Shown: positions 37,746 to 47,879, counted from the first letter of the stretch. The stretch: 64,000 bases of DNA from an uncultured bacterium (GCA_964637885.1 CAZWXO010000003.1:5-64004), one strand, 5' to 3'. Made by a program: numbers and translations. The notes: a model not told the origin generated them from the sequence alone.

Positions 37746-38432
37746 GTGGAGAATAATTTGATTAACGAGATGCTCGCAAAAACTAAAGAAATTGCAACCC
37801 TGGCCAAAATGAGTCCTGTTGGGACTGAGCCGCTTAGCGGTTTTTTGCAGGGGTTTTCTTCGGTGATGAATTGTCACGTTTGTCTGTGCGATTTGGACGG
37901 GAGCATTTTGTTTCAATTCGAGGAAGGTGCAATTGCTGCTGTAGTTGACCAGAAACTTGAGGCGGTAGCTGTGGATGACGATGAGCTGTCCCATGTTACC
38001 TTGCCGGTAGTGTGCAAGGGGACGCAATGTGGCACGATGCTGATGAAGAAGAAAGATGCCCTGACGGTCTGTGATGCTGTCTTGGCTGATTTGGCCACAG
38101 TTTTTATCGCTCAAGAGCTACAGCACGATAGCGAGAAAGAAAAGGAGCTGGCGGTACGACTGCGCAAGGCTGTCCACCACTCGCTGGAGTCCCTGTCCTA
38201 CTCGGAAAAAGCAGCCTTTGCCAAGGTCGCTAAAGAATTGGCAGGGAGTGAAGGAGTTCTGGTCGCTAGCAAGATTGCCGAACAAAGCGGGGTCAAGCGC
38301 TCGGCGATTGTCAATGCGATCCGAAAGCTCGAATCTGCTGGTATCATCGAATCGAGGTCACTTGGGGTCAAGGGAACTTTTATTCGCATCTTGAACCCTG
38401 AAATAGTCTTAGCACTGAAAATGGAAGCTTAG
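37746..38432 (+). CDS. codY: Global transcriptional regulator CodY.
   Basis: The C-terminal half (LSYSEKAAFAKVAKELAGSEGVLVASKIAEQSGVKRSAIVNAIRKLESAGIIESRSLGVKGTFI) is highly similar to the B. subtilis CodY wHTH region. The start is GTG 37746 or TTG 37758 (RBS AGGTGGAG). Confidence 0.8.
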   Translation: MENNLINEMLAKTKEIATLAKMSPVGTEPLSGFLQGFSSVMNCHVCLCDLDGSILFQFEEGAIAAVVDQKLEAVAVDDDELSHVTLPVVCKGTQCGTMLMKKKDALTVCDAVLADLATVFIAQELQHDSEKEKELAVRLRKAVHHSLESLSYSEKAAFAKVAKELAGSEGVLVASKIAEQSGVKRSAIVNAIRKLESAGIIESRSLGVKGTFIRILNPEIVLALKMEA

Positions 38433-38474
38433 TTCACGCAAGGATGCTCCAAACTATTTTTGGAGGTGGTTTAA

Positions 38475-38864
38475 ATGGGAGATTTTTTGTTTACCAGTCA
38501 GGTGTATAACGTTTTGCAGCGAGGGATGGATGCCTCGGCAGTTAAGCACCAGATAATCTCGAATAATGTTGCAAATGTCGACACGCCAGGCTTTAAAAGA
38601 TCTGAAGTGGTTTTTGAAGAGTTGCTGAAGGGGGCGGCTTGGCGGATTGAAAACAAGACAGCTCCGCTTCTTGAGCCGCCAGAGGATTTGCGGGCGCACG
38701 TTTATCGCGTCTACGATACCTCGCAGCGCCTCGACGGCAACAATGTGGATATCGACGCGGAAATGTCGAAACTGGCGCAAAACACGCTGTACTATCAAGG
38801 CCTGACTCAATTGCTGTCGGGTAAATTTACCGGCATGAGAAATGCTATTAGAGAAGGGAGGTAA
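38475..38864 (+). CDS. flgB: Flagellar basal-body rod protein FlgB.
   Basis: The N-terminal rod motif and the ...NNVANVDTPGFK block are present. Confidence 0.9.
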   Translation: MGDFLFTSQVYNVLQRGMDASAVKHQIISNNVANVDTPGFKRSEVVFEELLKGAAWRIENKTAPLLEPPEDLRAHVYRVYDTSQRLDGNNVDIDAEMSKLAQNTLYYQGLTQLLSGKFTGMRNAIREGR

Positions 38865-38870
38865 TGAGTA

Positions 38871-39317
38871 ATGGGTATGTTTCGCTCAATTGATATCAGT
38901 TCTTCAGGACTGACGGCGCAACGCATGCGCATGGATCTTATTGCCAATAATATCGCTAATGTTAACTCGACGCGGACTCAGGCCGGGGGAGCATATCGGA
39001 GGCAGATGCCAATATTTCAAGCGCGGGAAAATCGGGATTTTGCTTACGCGCTGCAAAACTCAACATTTGGTCGCAATACCGCAGGTGGTGGCGTCAGAGT
39101 TGCTAGAATTGTCGAGGATCCGAGTCCCTTGCTGACGGTTTACGATCCTAATCATCCGGATGCCGATGCCAACGGTTACGTGCAAATGCCGAATGTCAAC
39201 ATTGTTAACGAAATGGTGGACATGATTTCGGCAACACGGGCGTATGAGGCTAATGCGACATCCGTCGATTCGGCTAAGAAAATGTTTAGCCGTGCCTTGG
39301 AAATCGGAAGAGGTTAG
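38871..39317 (+). CDS. flgC: Flagellar basal-body rod protein FlgC.
   Basis: SGLTAQRMRMDLIANNIANVNST and the C-terminal TRAYEAN motif are present. Confidence 0.9.
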   Translation: MGMFRSIDISSSGLTAQRMRMDLIANNIANVNSTRTQAGGAYRRQMPIFQARENRDFAYALQNSTFGRNTAGGGVRVARIVEDPSPLLTVYDPNHPDADANGYVQMPNVNIVNEMVDMISATRAYEANATSVDSAKKMFSRALEIGRG

Positions 39318-39335
39318 GGCGAGGGGGTGCTTTAA

Positions 39336-39623
39336 ATGATTGAACGCTTAAGTAGCGCGGTGGGAGCGACAGGTGGTAGCAGCAATCGTTTATGGAATAA
39401 GGACGAGAGTTTCGGTAAGATAATCACCGATATGCTTAAAGATACCAATCAGCAGATGTTGGATGCGGATAAAGCTATTGAGGCTTTTGCCGCTGGCAAG
39501 ATCGAAAACGTTCATGATGTGATGATTGCCACGGAAAAAGCTTCGCTGTCGTTTCAGCTGACATTGCAGGTGCGAAATAAGGTAATCGAAGCATATCAGG
39601 AGCTGATGCGGATGCAGGTCTGA
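39336..39623 (+). CDS. fliE: Flagellar hook-basal body protein FliE.
   Basis: The 95-aa size and the position between flgC and fliF match FliE. Confidence 0.85.
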   Translation: MIERLSSAVGATGGSSNRLWNKDESFGKIITDMLKDTNQQMLDADKAIEAFAAGKIENVHDVMIATEKASLSFQLTLQVRNKVIEAYQELMRMQV

Positions 39624-39667
39624 TCTAGCTAGGATCAACATCGAATTAATTTCAGGGAGGAATCAGG

Positions 39668-41227
39668 TTGCAGCAACTGCTAAAACAATTGCTTGAAATA
39701 TGGATGAAGCTGACGCGGGTTCAGCGCGTTGTCATTATTGGTGCTCTAGTATTTTTAATGGCTGCTATTCTGATATTGGCTCGCTGGGCGAGCACTCCTG
39801 AATATGTGCCGATTGCCACGGGGCAGACAATTGAACAGGCAGCGCTGATCAGCACTCAGCTTGATGAAATGGGGATAAAGTATCAGATTAGTCAAGACGA
39901 GACCACTGTCAGCGTTCCAGAAAAAGATAAACACCAGGCCCGCATGGCATTGGTCACAGAAGGTATTCTCGGAGGGAAGAATGCTGGTTGGGAGATTTTT
40001 GATGAGAGTAAGCTTGGAACGACGGATTTTGAGCGTCGGGTCAATTATCTCCGGGCACTGCAAGGCGAGCTGGAATTGACAATCTCCCAGCTTAACGGGG
40101 TCAAAGCTGCCCGGGTGCACATTACGATTCCGGAAGAAAAATTCTTTGAAAAAGATCAGAAGCCATCCAAAGCTTCGATAACCTTGATGCTGCAACCCGG
40201 CGAGACCTTAGAAGAAGAGCAGGTCTTGGGAATCATTAACCTAATTGTGGGTGCGGTGGATGGCCTCGATGTCAGGAACGTCGTCATTATCGATACCAAC
40301 GGGAACATATTGTCGACAGATACTCTCGGAGCTGATGGATTTTCGATTGGGTCCGGGACTGTTAAGACCCTGGAGATTCAAGATGCCTTTAACAAGAAGT
40401 TAGGGGCAGAGTTACAGAGTATGCTCGAGCAGGTTTTAGGCATCGGCAAGGTGGTTGTCCGGGTCAATGCCGCCCTTGATTTTGATCAAAAGACGATTGA
40501 AAGAGATATTTATCAGCCAGTGGTCGATGGCGAGGGGATTGCACGAAGTGTGCAAAATTTGCAAGAGTTTTTTGAGGGGGCAAATTCTGGGGCTGGTGTG
40601 CCGGGGACAACGTCCAACCCACCAACGTATCCGATTGACGCGACGGGGCAGGATGTAGTCAGCGAACGCTATCAGACCTCGACAACTTACGAAATTACGA
40701 ATATCAAAGAGTATCAGGAGGTGGCCCCTGGGACCGTTAAGCGGATGACAGTTGCAGTAGTCGTCGATGATGAGTTGACACAGCCTCAGATCACAGCTAT
40801 CGAGCAAACGGTGTCGGCGGCTATCGGACTAGATGTTACCCGTGGTGATGCCGTCATCGTGCAAGGAATACCATATGATAAGACGTTTCAAGATGCTGCT
40901 GCCGAAGATTTCTTGCCAGTGGAGGATGTTCAACCATGGTACATTTATCTGATTCAAATATTGGCGATTTTGTTTGCTTTTTTCTTGATTTACCGGGGGT
41001 TATTTCGACGAAAACGTCGTAGTGATGACGAGGATGAGGGGCTGGATATCGTTGTGGGTGATGAAATGGCGATCGGCTCCGATGGGATGACCTATAAGCT
41101 CGGGAGTTTATCACCGGATGAGATGGAGAGACAAAAGATGATCGAACAGATTCAAAGTATGGCTCGTAAGCAACCCGACGATGTGGCGAATCTGATTCGC
41201 ACCTGGCTTTCAGAGGACGATGAGTGA
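39668..41227 (+). CDS. fliF: Flagellar M-ring protein FliF.
   Basis: The 519-aa protein has an N-terminal TM segment, the RBM domains, a C-terminal TM segment and a cytoplasmic tail. The start is TTG. Confidence 0.9.
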   Translation: MQQLLKQLLEIWMKLTRVQRVVIIGALVFLMAAILILARWASTPEYVPIATGQTIEQAALISTQLDEMGIKYQISQDETTVSVPEKDKHQARMALVTEGILGGKNAGWEIFDESKLGTTDFERRVNYLRALQGELELTISQLNGVKAARVHITIPEEKFFEKDQKPSKASITLMLQPGETLEEEQVLGIINLIVGAVDGLDVRNVVIIDTNGNILSTDTLGADGFSIGSGTVKTLEIQDAFNKKLGAELQSMLEQVLGIGKVVVRVNAALDFDQKTIERDIYQPVVDGEGIARSVQNLQEFFEGANSGAGVPGTTSNPPTYPIDATGQDVVSERYQTSTTYEITNIKEYQEVAPGTVKRMTVAVVVDDELTQPQITAIEQTVSAAIGLDVTRGDAVIVQGIPYDKTFQDAAAEDFLPVEDVQPWYIYLIQILAILFAFFLIYRGLFRRKRRSDDEDEGLDIVVGDEMAIGSDGMTYKLGSLSPDEMERQKMIEQIQSMARKQPDDVANLIRTWLSEDDE

Positions 41228-42237
41228 TGGCAAAACATTCTGATTTAACGGGAAAAGAAAAAGCGGCGGTATTGCTGATAGCCTTGGGGCCAGAAGTTTC
41301 ATCCCAGGTTTTTAAGCATCTTTCCGATGAAGAAATCGAGGATTTGACCCTCGAGATTGCGAATGTGCGTAAAATTGATTCGCAGATAAAAAACGATATA
41401 CTTTTTGAATTTCATCAGCTTGCCTTGGCCCAGGATTTCATTTCTCAGGGCGGAATAAATTTTGCAAAAGATATTTTGGAGAAGGCCTTGGGGCCGCAAA
41501 AGGCTGCTGAGATTATCGCCAAGCTAACTTCATCACTGCAGGTGAAGCCCTTTGATTTTGTGCGGAAAACTGATCCACAGCAATTGCTTTCTTTTATTCA
41601 AAACGAACATCCGCAAACAATTGCACTAATTTTGGCGTATTTAAAGCCGGAACAGTCGGCGATGCTGCTGTCAGGTTTGCCGGCCGACAAGCAAGCGGAA
41701 ATAACGCGCCGGATAGCTGTCATGAGTCAGACCTCGCCTGATGTTATTCGCGATGTCGAGCGGGTGCTTGAACGTAAAGTTTCGTCTTTGGTCACTCAGG
41801 ATTATACCAATGTTGGCGGCGTTGAGACGGTGGTAAAAATTATTAACCGGGTTGATCGGACCAGTGAAAAAAATATTATGGAGAATTTGGAGCTTAATTA
41901 TCCCGATCTCGCTGAAGAAATTAAGCTGAAAATGTTTGTTTTCGAGGATCTCGTTATGTTGGACGACCGCTCTGTACAGAGAGTATTGCGGGAAGTGGAT
42001 TCCAAGGATTTGGCTCTTGCTCTCAAGTCTTCCAGCGAGGAAGTGCAGGAGCTTATATTCCGCAATGTTTCCAAGCGGGCTGCTGAAACTCTCAAAGAGG
42101 ACATGGAGTATATGGGACCGGTCCGCCTGCGTGATGTTGAGGAAGCCCAGCAGAAGATTGTAAATATTGTCCGCCGTCTGGAGGACAATGGTGAAATCAT
42201 CATCAGTCGGGGTGGAGAGGATGATCTAGTTGTCTAG
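41224..42237 (+). CDS. fliG: Flagellar motor switch protein FliG.
   Basis: The 337-aa protein has the EHPQTIALIL motif. Confidence 0.9.
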   Translation: MMAKHSDLTGKEKAAVLLIALGPEVSSQVFKHLSDEEIEDLTLEIANVRKIDSQIKNDILFEFHQLALAQDFISQGGINFAKDILEKALGPQKAAEIIAKLTSSLQVKPFDFVRKTDPQQLLSFIQNEHPQTIALILAYLKPEQSAMLLSGLPADKQAEITRRIAVMSQTSPDVIRDVERVLERKVSSLVTQDYTNVGGVETVVKIINRVDRTSEKNIMENLELNYPDLAEEIKLKMFVFEDLVMLDDRSVQRVLREVDSKDLALALKSSSEEVQELIFRNVSKRAAETLKEDMEYMGPVRLRDVEEAQQKIVNIVRRLEDNGEIIISRGGEDDLVV

Positions 42238-43000
42238 GGTAATCAAATCCTTTCGGACCGAGGATGATAAGGATTATATCTTAAATCCCTTTGCCGTTAT
42301 CAGTGAGCGCGTCAAAGTAAATTCCGATGCTTTTGTTTTAGACGAGGATCGAAAAAAAGGCAAAAATGATGATCGTCACCATAAGTCTGCATCTTTGTCT
42401 GCTGTCGAAGACGCCCAATCTCAGGCTGACGCGATTCTGGCGCAAGCGCAGCAGCAAGCGGCCCAAATCGTATCCCAAGCCCAAGCCGAGGCGCAGCAGC
42501 TAAAAAGCGAAGCTGTAGCTAGCGGGCAAGTGCAGGGTGTAAGGGAAGGTACGGAAAAAGGCTTAGGCAATTTTAAGACGGCGATACAGCAGGCAGAGGA
42601 TTTAATGCAGGAAGTTCGACAAAATGTGCAGCTATTCTTTGATGAGGCCGAAGGGGCAATTTACGCGATGGCCCTAGCCATGGCTGAGCAGATTATTAAT
42701 CATAAAATTGATAGCGACAATGAGATTGTGGTGGATATAGCGAAGCGGCTCGTTGAAAAAGCCCGCAATGGCAAGCGTTTTACCTTGAAATGCAATCCTT
42801 TGGATGTGCCGATACTCACCGAATCGATGGATGTACTGACAGCTGCTACCGGAGGTAAAGAAATTGAGCTTGACGACGATCGCAATGTATCAAGGGGAGG
42901 CTGCCGCTTAGAGACGGATTACGGTGTCTTGGACGGGACGATGGAGAGCCAGCTGGAGCAATTGCGACGCTTGGTCGAGGACACATTTGATGAAGGTTGA
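42230..43000 (+). CDS. fliH: Flagellar assembly protein FliH.
   Basis: Its position and FliH-like coiled-coil N-terminal region with the Ala/Gln-rich tract fit FliH. Confidence 0.8.
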   Translation: MSRVIKSFRTEDDKDYILNPFAVISERVKVNSDAFVLDEDRKKGKNDDRHHKSASLSAVEDAQSQADAILAQAQQQAAQIVSQAQAEAQQLKSEAVASGQVQGVREGTEKGLGNFKTAIQQAEDLMQEVRQNVQLFFDEAEGAIYAMALAMAEQIINHKIDSDNEIVVDIAKRLVEKARNGKRFTLKCNPLDVPILTESMDVLTAATGGKEIELDDDRNVSRGGCRLETDYGVLDGTMESQLEQLRRLVEDTFDEG

Positions 43001-44312
43001 CATTGAGGCGCTTCAGGAGCGGTTATTGCGCCGTTTGGGAGAAAAGGATTGTATTCGCAGTATCGGCAAGGTAGAGCAGATTATCGGTCTGGCAATCGAA
43101 TCTTCAGGGCCGCCTGATGCCAATTTAGGCGAACTGTGCAAAATTGCCCGGCCTGACGGCGATTTTGTTTTAGCGGAGGTTGTCGGCTTCAGGGACAAAA
43201 AGGTTGTTTTAATGGTTCTAGGTGAGATGCGGGGGATTGGGCCCGGCTGCAATGTCATTGCCACGGGGAGGGTCTTGCGGGCCGCCGTCGGACAAGAGCT
43301 ATTGGGGCGCATTCTCGATGGATTAGGCAACCCGATTGACGGAAAAGGCATGCCTGATGATCTTGTCGCCCACAACATTTTTGCTGAACCGATCAATCCC
43401 TTAGAGCGGCCTAGAATCGATAAACCACTACCCGTTGGTGTCAAAGCGATTGATGGTTTAATTACTTTTGGCCGCGGCCAGCGTGTTGGAATTTTTGCCG
43501 GCAGTGGTGTCGGTAAGAGCACTTTGATGGGAATGATTGCTAAAAATACTGAGGCTGAGGTCAATGTTATCGCCTTGATTGGTGAGCGTGGCCGGGAAGT
43601 CAAGGAGTTTATCGAGAGGGATCTTGGCCCCGAGGGCCTGGAGCGCTCAGTGGTAATTGTGGCGACATCCGATCAGCCGGCACTGGTTCGTATTCGAGGA
43701 GCTTTTGTCGCCACGGCGATAGCAGAGTATTTTCGCGATTGCGGCAACGACGTTTTATTGATGATGGATTCATTAACACGATTTTCCATGGCCCAGCGTG
43801 AGGTCGGATTGTCAGCCGGGGAACCTCCGACCACTAAGGGCTATACACCTTCGGTTTTTGCGTTGATGCCTAAATTACTGGAGCGATGTGGCCGCACTAA
43901 TCAAGGTTCAATTACTGGCATATATACGGTCTTGGTGGATGGTGATGATTTGGATGAGCCAATTGCTGACGCGGCTCGTGGGATTCTCGATGGGCACGTT
44001 GTTTTGTCGAGAAAGCTGGCCAACCGCAATCATTTCCCTTCACTGGATATTTTGGCGTCGATTAGTCGGGTTATGCCCCAGGTTGTCGAGAAGGATCATG
44101 CGGAATTGATTCAAAAATGTAAAAATTTAATGGCGGTTTATCGTGATTCGGAGGATTTGATTAACATCGGCGCTTATGTTAGCGGGAGCAATCGCAATAT
44201 CGATGAAGCAATCGATTATATGCCTCGGATTAACGCGTTCTTGCGCCAGAGCGTCGACGATCATTTTGATTATGCCCGGGTTATCAAAGAATTGGCGGGG
44301 GTATTTTCATGA
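42990..44312 (+). CDS. fliI: Flagellum-specific ATP synthase FliI.
   Basis: The Walker A motif GIFAGSGVGKSTLMGMI and an F1-ATPase-like core are present. The start at ATG 42990 overlaps the fliH stop. The longest ORF begins at 42924. Confidence 0.9.
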   Translation: MKVDIEALQERLLRRLGEKDCIRSIGKVEQIIGLAIESSGPPDANLGELCKIARPDGDFVLAEVVGFRDKKVVLMVLGEMRGIGPGCNVIATGRVLRAAVGQELLGRILDGLGNPIDGKGMPDDLVAHNIFAEPINPLERPRIDKPLPVGVKAIDGLITFGRGQRVGIFAGSGVGKSTLMGMIAKNTEAEVNVIALIGERGREVKEFIERDLGPEGLERSVVIVATSDQPALVRIRGAFVATAIAEYFRDCGNDVLLMMDSLTRFSMAQREVGLSAGEPPTTKGYTPSVFALMPKLLERCGRTNQGSITGIYTVLVDGDDLDEPIADAARGILDGHVVLSRKLANRNHFPSLDILASISRVMPQVVEKDHAELIQKCKNLMAVYRDSEDLINIGAYVSGSNRNIDEAIDYMPRINAFLRQSVDDHFDYARVIKELAGVFS

Positions 44313-44327
44313 AAAAGGTAGGATGGG

Positions 44328-44777
44328 ATGAAAAAATTTATTTTTCGACCGCAAGTATTGATAGATATCCAGAAAAGCAAGGTTGAGCAGTTGCAGGGCG
44401 ACTTGGCTGACGCACTAAGGCATCGCCAGGGAATACTGGGCGAGATTTCGAAAATACTAGGGAAAATGGCAGATAACTTAAAAGCGAGAAATCACAAGAT
44501 GGAGGAAGGGATGTCCGTCTTTGACCTGCTGATGTTTAATGAATTTGAGGATTTCTTAACTATTAAGCGGGTTGAAAAGGAAGCTGAGCTAGTTGAAGTG
44601 GAAAGCTTGATAGAAAAAATCCGGAGTGATTTGGCTATCGCTTTCAAGAGACAGAAAACTTTAGAAAAGTTTAAGGAAATCCGATATAACGAGTATAAGT
44701 TTGAAAAAAATCGCATCGATAATCGACGCATGGATGAGATTGGTATTGGTGGGTTTGTTCGGAACACACAGTTGTAG
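44328..44777 (+). CDS. fliJ: Flagellar export chaperone FliJ.
   Basis: The 149-aa coiled-coil protein sits between fliI and ylxF-like/fliK. Confidence 0.8.
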   Translation: MKKFIFRPQVLIDIQKSKVEQLQGDLADALRHRQGILGEISKILGKMADNLKARNHKMEEGMSVFDLLMFNEFEDFLTIKRVEKEAELVEVESLIEKIRSDLAIAFKRQKTLEKFKEIRYNEYKFEKNRIDNRRMDEIGIGGFVRNTQL

Positions 44778-44791
44778 TTCAGGAGAGATAG

Positions 44792-45376
44792 ATGGCTGAT
44801 AGGAAAGATTCGACGGGGAGTAGGGAAAGTAACGATGCTCAGGAAAGCAGCGTTAAAAAATCTCCCGCAAAAAAAGGTAATAAAAGTAAAGTTAATCGCG
44901 GCAAAGAGCAGAAAAAGCGCAAGAAAGCAGGCCCTAATACTTTTCTGCTGTTGATTGCCGTTATTCTCTTAGCTGTTGTCATGCTTTGGGTGACAGGGGC
45001 AATCAATTTTGCCACGCTGCTCGGACAGGATGCTCCAGAGCAAGAAACCGAAGACATTGCCAATGCTCAGCCTACCGGTAGCGCACCGGTAACTTTTGCC
45101 GCAATTCAGCCGGATGAGATCGTATATACCGCTAACCCTGATGCCGTCAAGCTAGCCAAGATTTATTCGGAGATGCGCCCGGAGAAAGCTGCTGAAGCTT
45201 TGTCCCAGATGCCGGTTGAGGAAGCGATGCCAATCATGGCCGCAATGGATGAGTGGCGGGCGGGCATCATTATGAGCAAGATGGAAGCCGCAAAAGCGGT
45301 AGAGATAAGTCAGTTAATGGCCGAAACCTATCGGACGGGTGAGGCTGATGCTGGCGAAGTGCAAGTGCTTCCATAG
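44792..45376 (+). CDS. YlxF-like flagellar operon protein. It has a Lys-rich N-terminus, one TM helix and a MgtE-N-like domain.
   Basis: Position is the main argument: it sits between fliJ and fliK, as ylxF does in Bacillus. It has a basic disordered N-terminus followed by a hydrophobic helix. Confidence 0.5.
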   Translation: MADRKDSTGSRESNDAQESSVKKSPAKKGNKSKVNRGKEQKKRKKAGPNTFLLLIAVILLAVVMLWVTGAINFATLLGQDAPEQETEDIANAQPTGSAPVTFAAIQPDEIVYTANPDAVKLAKIYSEMRPEKAAEALSQMPVEEAMPIMAAMDEWRAGIIMSKMEAAKAVEISQLMAETYRTGEADAGEVQVLP

Positions 45377-45435
45377 TAAGATTGAAGGGAGGATAGCAGT
45401 CGTTCTCTGAAAAGTTGACATAAGGAGGTGAGGCA

Positions 45436-46884
45436 ATGGATCTTTTCGTGTCATTTTCTGCTCCTAACACCTCTGAAGGCCCGAAAAGTTTTCTTCAACC
45501 TGCCAGGAAGGTGGGTAGTGGCGATGCTTTTCGTAAGTCCTTGGATGACTCGGTGCAAAATGGTTTGCAAGCTAAAGATTCGCGGGATCTAGCAACCGAG
45601 GGAGGACTAGCTTCAGAAAGAAAGGGTCAGAATGGCATGGAGGCCGAAAAAAACAAAAACACGGATGTCAAAGCGAAGGCGACCGAAAAGAAAGACGAGG
45701 AAAGCCAGGCAATTCAGGGTGAAGAGCCAGGCGAAAACCCGGAAAAGGAACTGGAGCTACAAGAAGAGACACAAGGGACGGATGCGCAGGCAATGTCTAG
45801 TGTGGTCGTCTTGGTAGCCGAGCAGGCAGCGGTCATTAATGAAACCGCTGGAGTCGCATCCGCTGTTCAGGCAGGTGTTAATGTGACTCAGGCGACATCA
45901 GTTGCGTCGGCCACTCAGGAAATTGACCCGGAGCTGATTAAATTGATGGAACAAAAACTCGCCAGCATGGCGGATCTCAAGTCGGAAGCAGAGGGGAAAG
46001 CGACCAAGCAACAGATAGAGATTAGCGTCAAGGGACAGGTCGTGACAACAAGCGAAGGAGAAGCCTTTGCGATTGAAAAACTCAAAGAAGGTAAAATTTT
46101 TCACGATCTCAAGGTGGTGGATAATACAGATACCAAGACTCCCAAGACCGATATTGAGCTAAAGAACGGCAAATTGCTTTGGGACGGAGATTCAGATGGT
46201 GAGGCACTCAAGGTTGACGGCCTTAAAAAATCAGCCGGACAACAGGATGCAAATTTATCGGAGCACAAAGGCAACAAGGATGAGGGACTGAAGCTGGTGG
46301 ATACACTACAATCTAAAGAAGTGGAAAAACCGGTGGCACCTCGTTCGTTTTCGGAGCATTTGAATCTATTGAGTAACGAGAGGCAAGGGATTGCTGAAAA
46401 GGGAGCACCACTGGCGGCGAAGGTTAGTGTCAGTGAATTCATCAATATGAAAAACCCCTTTGAACAAATTGCCGAGAAACTTGATTTCAAATTAAGTAAT
46501 GGGCGTCACGAAGTACTGATGCAGCTCAAACCAGAAAATCTTGGGCAGGTCAGAGTAATGCTGCAGGTGCACGAGGGTAAACTCGAGGGTAAATTCCTCG
46601 CCGAAAACCAGCAAGTCAAGCAGACCCTTGAGGGAAACATGGACCAATTGAAACGACAATTTGAAGAGCAAGGTTTGCAGGTGAGCAAACTCAGTGTCAG
46701 TATCGGAGGCTCGATGGATCAGCAACAGTGGGCCGGGCAAAGTGACGACGAGGCGCAAAGATTGCGCAATCGCAATTTCATGCAGGATGGGATTGACGGG
46801 ATTGATGAAATGGATGCTGTGATTAGCAAGGATCGCGATGACTTGCATCGAGAAGCCGGCGGCAACGTCAGCTACGCAATTTAG
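45436..46884 (+). CDS. fliK: Flagellar hook-length control protein FliK.
   Basis: It is acidic and low-complexity. The C-terminal Flg_hook domain reads LKPENLGQVRVMLQVHEGKLEGKFLAENQQVKQTLEGNMDQLKRQFEEQGLQV. Confidence 0.75.
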   Translation: MDLFVSFSAPNTSEGPKSFLQPARKVGSGDAFRKSLDDSVQNGLQAKDSRDLATEGGLASERKGQNGMEAEKNKNTDVKAKATEKKDEESQAIQGEEPGENPEKELELQEETQGTDAQAMSSVVVLVAEQAAVINETAGVASAVQAGVNVTQATSVASATQEIDPELIKLMEQKLASMADLKSEAEGKATKQQIEISVKGQVVTTSEGEAFAIEKLKEGKIFHDLKVVDNTDTKTPKTDIELKNGKLLWDGDSDGEALKVDGLKKSAGQQDANLSEHKGNKDEGLKLVDTLQSKEVEKPVAPRSFSEHLNLLSNERQGIAEKGAPLAAKVSVSEFINMKNPFEQIAEKLDFKLSNGRHEVLMQLKPENLGQVRVMLQVHEGKLEGKFLAENQQVKQTLEGNMDQLKRQFEEQGLQVSKLSVSIGGSMDQQQWAGQSDDEAQRLRNRNFMQDGIDGIDEMDAVISKDRDDLHREAGGNVSYAI

Positions 46885-46901
46885 CGAGGGGAGGGACAGT
46901 A

Positions 46902-47369
46902 ATGGAGGCTTCAGGTATTAACGCCGCGACTAATTCGACTGCGGTTACCGCTGCGGTGAAAAAAGAATTGGACAAAGATGCATTTGTTAAGCTTTTATTG
47001 GCGGAACTGAAGTACCAGGATCCGATGGAACCGATGAAGGACAAGGATTTCATCGCTCAGATGGCGCAGTTTTCGGCGCTGGAACAGACGCAAAATTTGG
47101 CGACTAGCATGAATGGTTTTATCACACAACAAAAAAATCTGCTGGAAGTAATCTATGAATCATCGATGATTTCTCAGGCAGGTACTTTTCTCGGAAAAAT
47201 GGTTGAAGCTAAGATTGATGGAGACGTGGTTACAGGTAGGGTTGATGCGATTAGCATCGAGAATGGTGTGCCGACACTTAGCATTATGGGTCGGAAGGTT
47301 GCTATCGTCGATGTATCGACAATTTTAGCGGACACTTTGCCCGCAAATGAAGAAGCCACCGATATTTAG
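46902..47369 (+). CDS. flgD: Flagellar hook capping/assembly protein FlgD.
   Basis: FVKLLLAELKYQDPMEPMKDKDFIAQMAQFSALEQ is the canonical FlgD motif. Confidence 0.85.
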   Translation: MEASGINAATNSTAVTAAVKKELDKDAFVKLLLAELKYQDPMEPMKDKDFIAQMAQFSALEQTQNLATSMNGFITQQKNLLEVIYESSMISQAGTFLGKMVEAKIDGDVVTGRVDAISIENGVPTLSIMGRKVAIVDVSTILADTLPANEEATDI

Positions 47370-47387
47370 TCGGGAAGAGGGGATACG

Positions 47388-47789
47388 ATGAACGCAGGCA
47401 ATTTCGAAATCGGGCGTCCTCTACAGCCTGCTGGAAGCAGACCACTGAGCCCAGCTACTAAAGATCGTCTTCAGCAAGACAAGGTCGGATCTGAAAGTTT
47501 TCAACAGGCCCTGATTAAGGCGTCAGATAGTAATGGATTGAAATTTTCCAAGCATGCGATGGAGCGCATTGAAGCACGGAAGCTAAGCCTAAGTGATCAG
47601 CGACTCAGCTCGATCAGTGAGGCTGTTGCCAAGGCAGATGCTAAAGGATCTCGAGAATCGTTAATCATTATGAAGGATATGGCCTTAGTGGTCAGTGTCC
47701 GCAACAGAACAGTGATTACAGCGATGGATCCTGAAGGCATGAAAGGCAATATATTTACTAACATCGACAGTGCGGTAGTCATGGATTGA
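47388..47789 (+). CDS. Small flagellar-operon protein of unknown function, of the type found between flgD and flgE in Firmicutes and Spirochaetes.
   Basis: The call rests on position and size (133 aa). My recollection of a TIGR02530-like family is uncertain. Confidence 0.45.
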   Translation: MNAGNFEIGRPLQPAGSRPLSPATKDRLQQDKVGSESFQQALIKASDSNGLKFSKHAMERIEARKLSLSDQRLSSISEAVAKADAKGSRESLIIMKDMALVVSVRNRTVITAMDPEGMKGNIFTNIDSAVVMD

Positions 47790-47879
47790 CTCCGAGGCCG
47801 GACCTCATGGAGGAAGCCTCAAGAACGTGGACTGACAGAAGCGTTCTTACGAATTTGCACCATAAGGAGGTCATGAGCT

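Noticed and set aside
37489-38114. Several minus-strand ORFs (65-136 aa) around the hslU 3' end and the codY 5' end
   Set aside because: The frameshifted hslU C-terminus and codY on the + strand explain this region better. The minus ORFs lack homology and RBS.
45632-45817. 61-aa Lys/Arg-rich alternate-frame ORF inside fliK
   Set aside because: It is a frame artefact of the GAA/AAG-rich acidic region of fliK. It has no start context.
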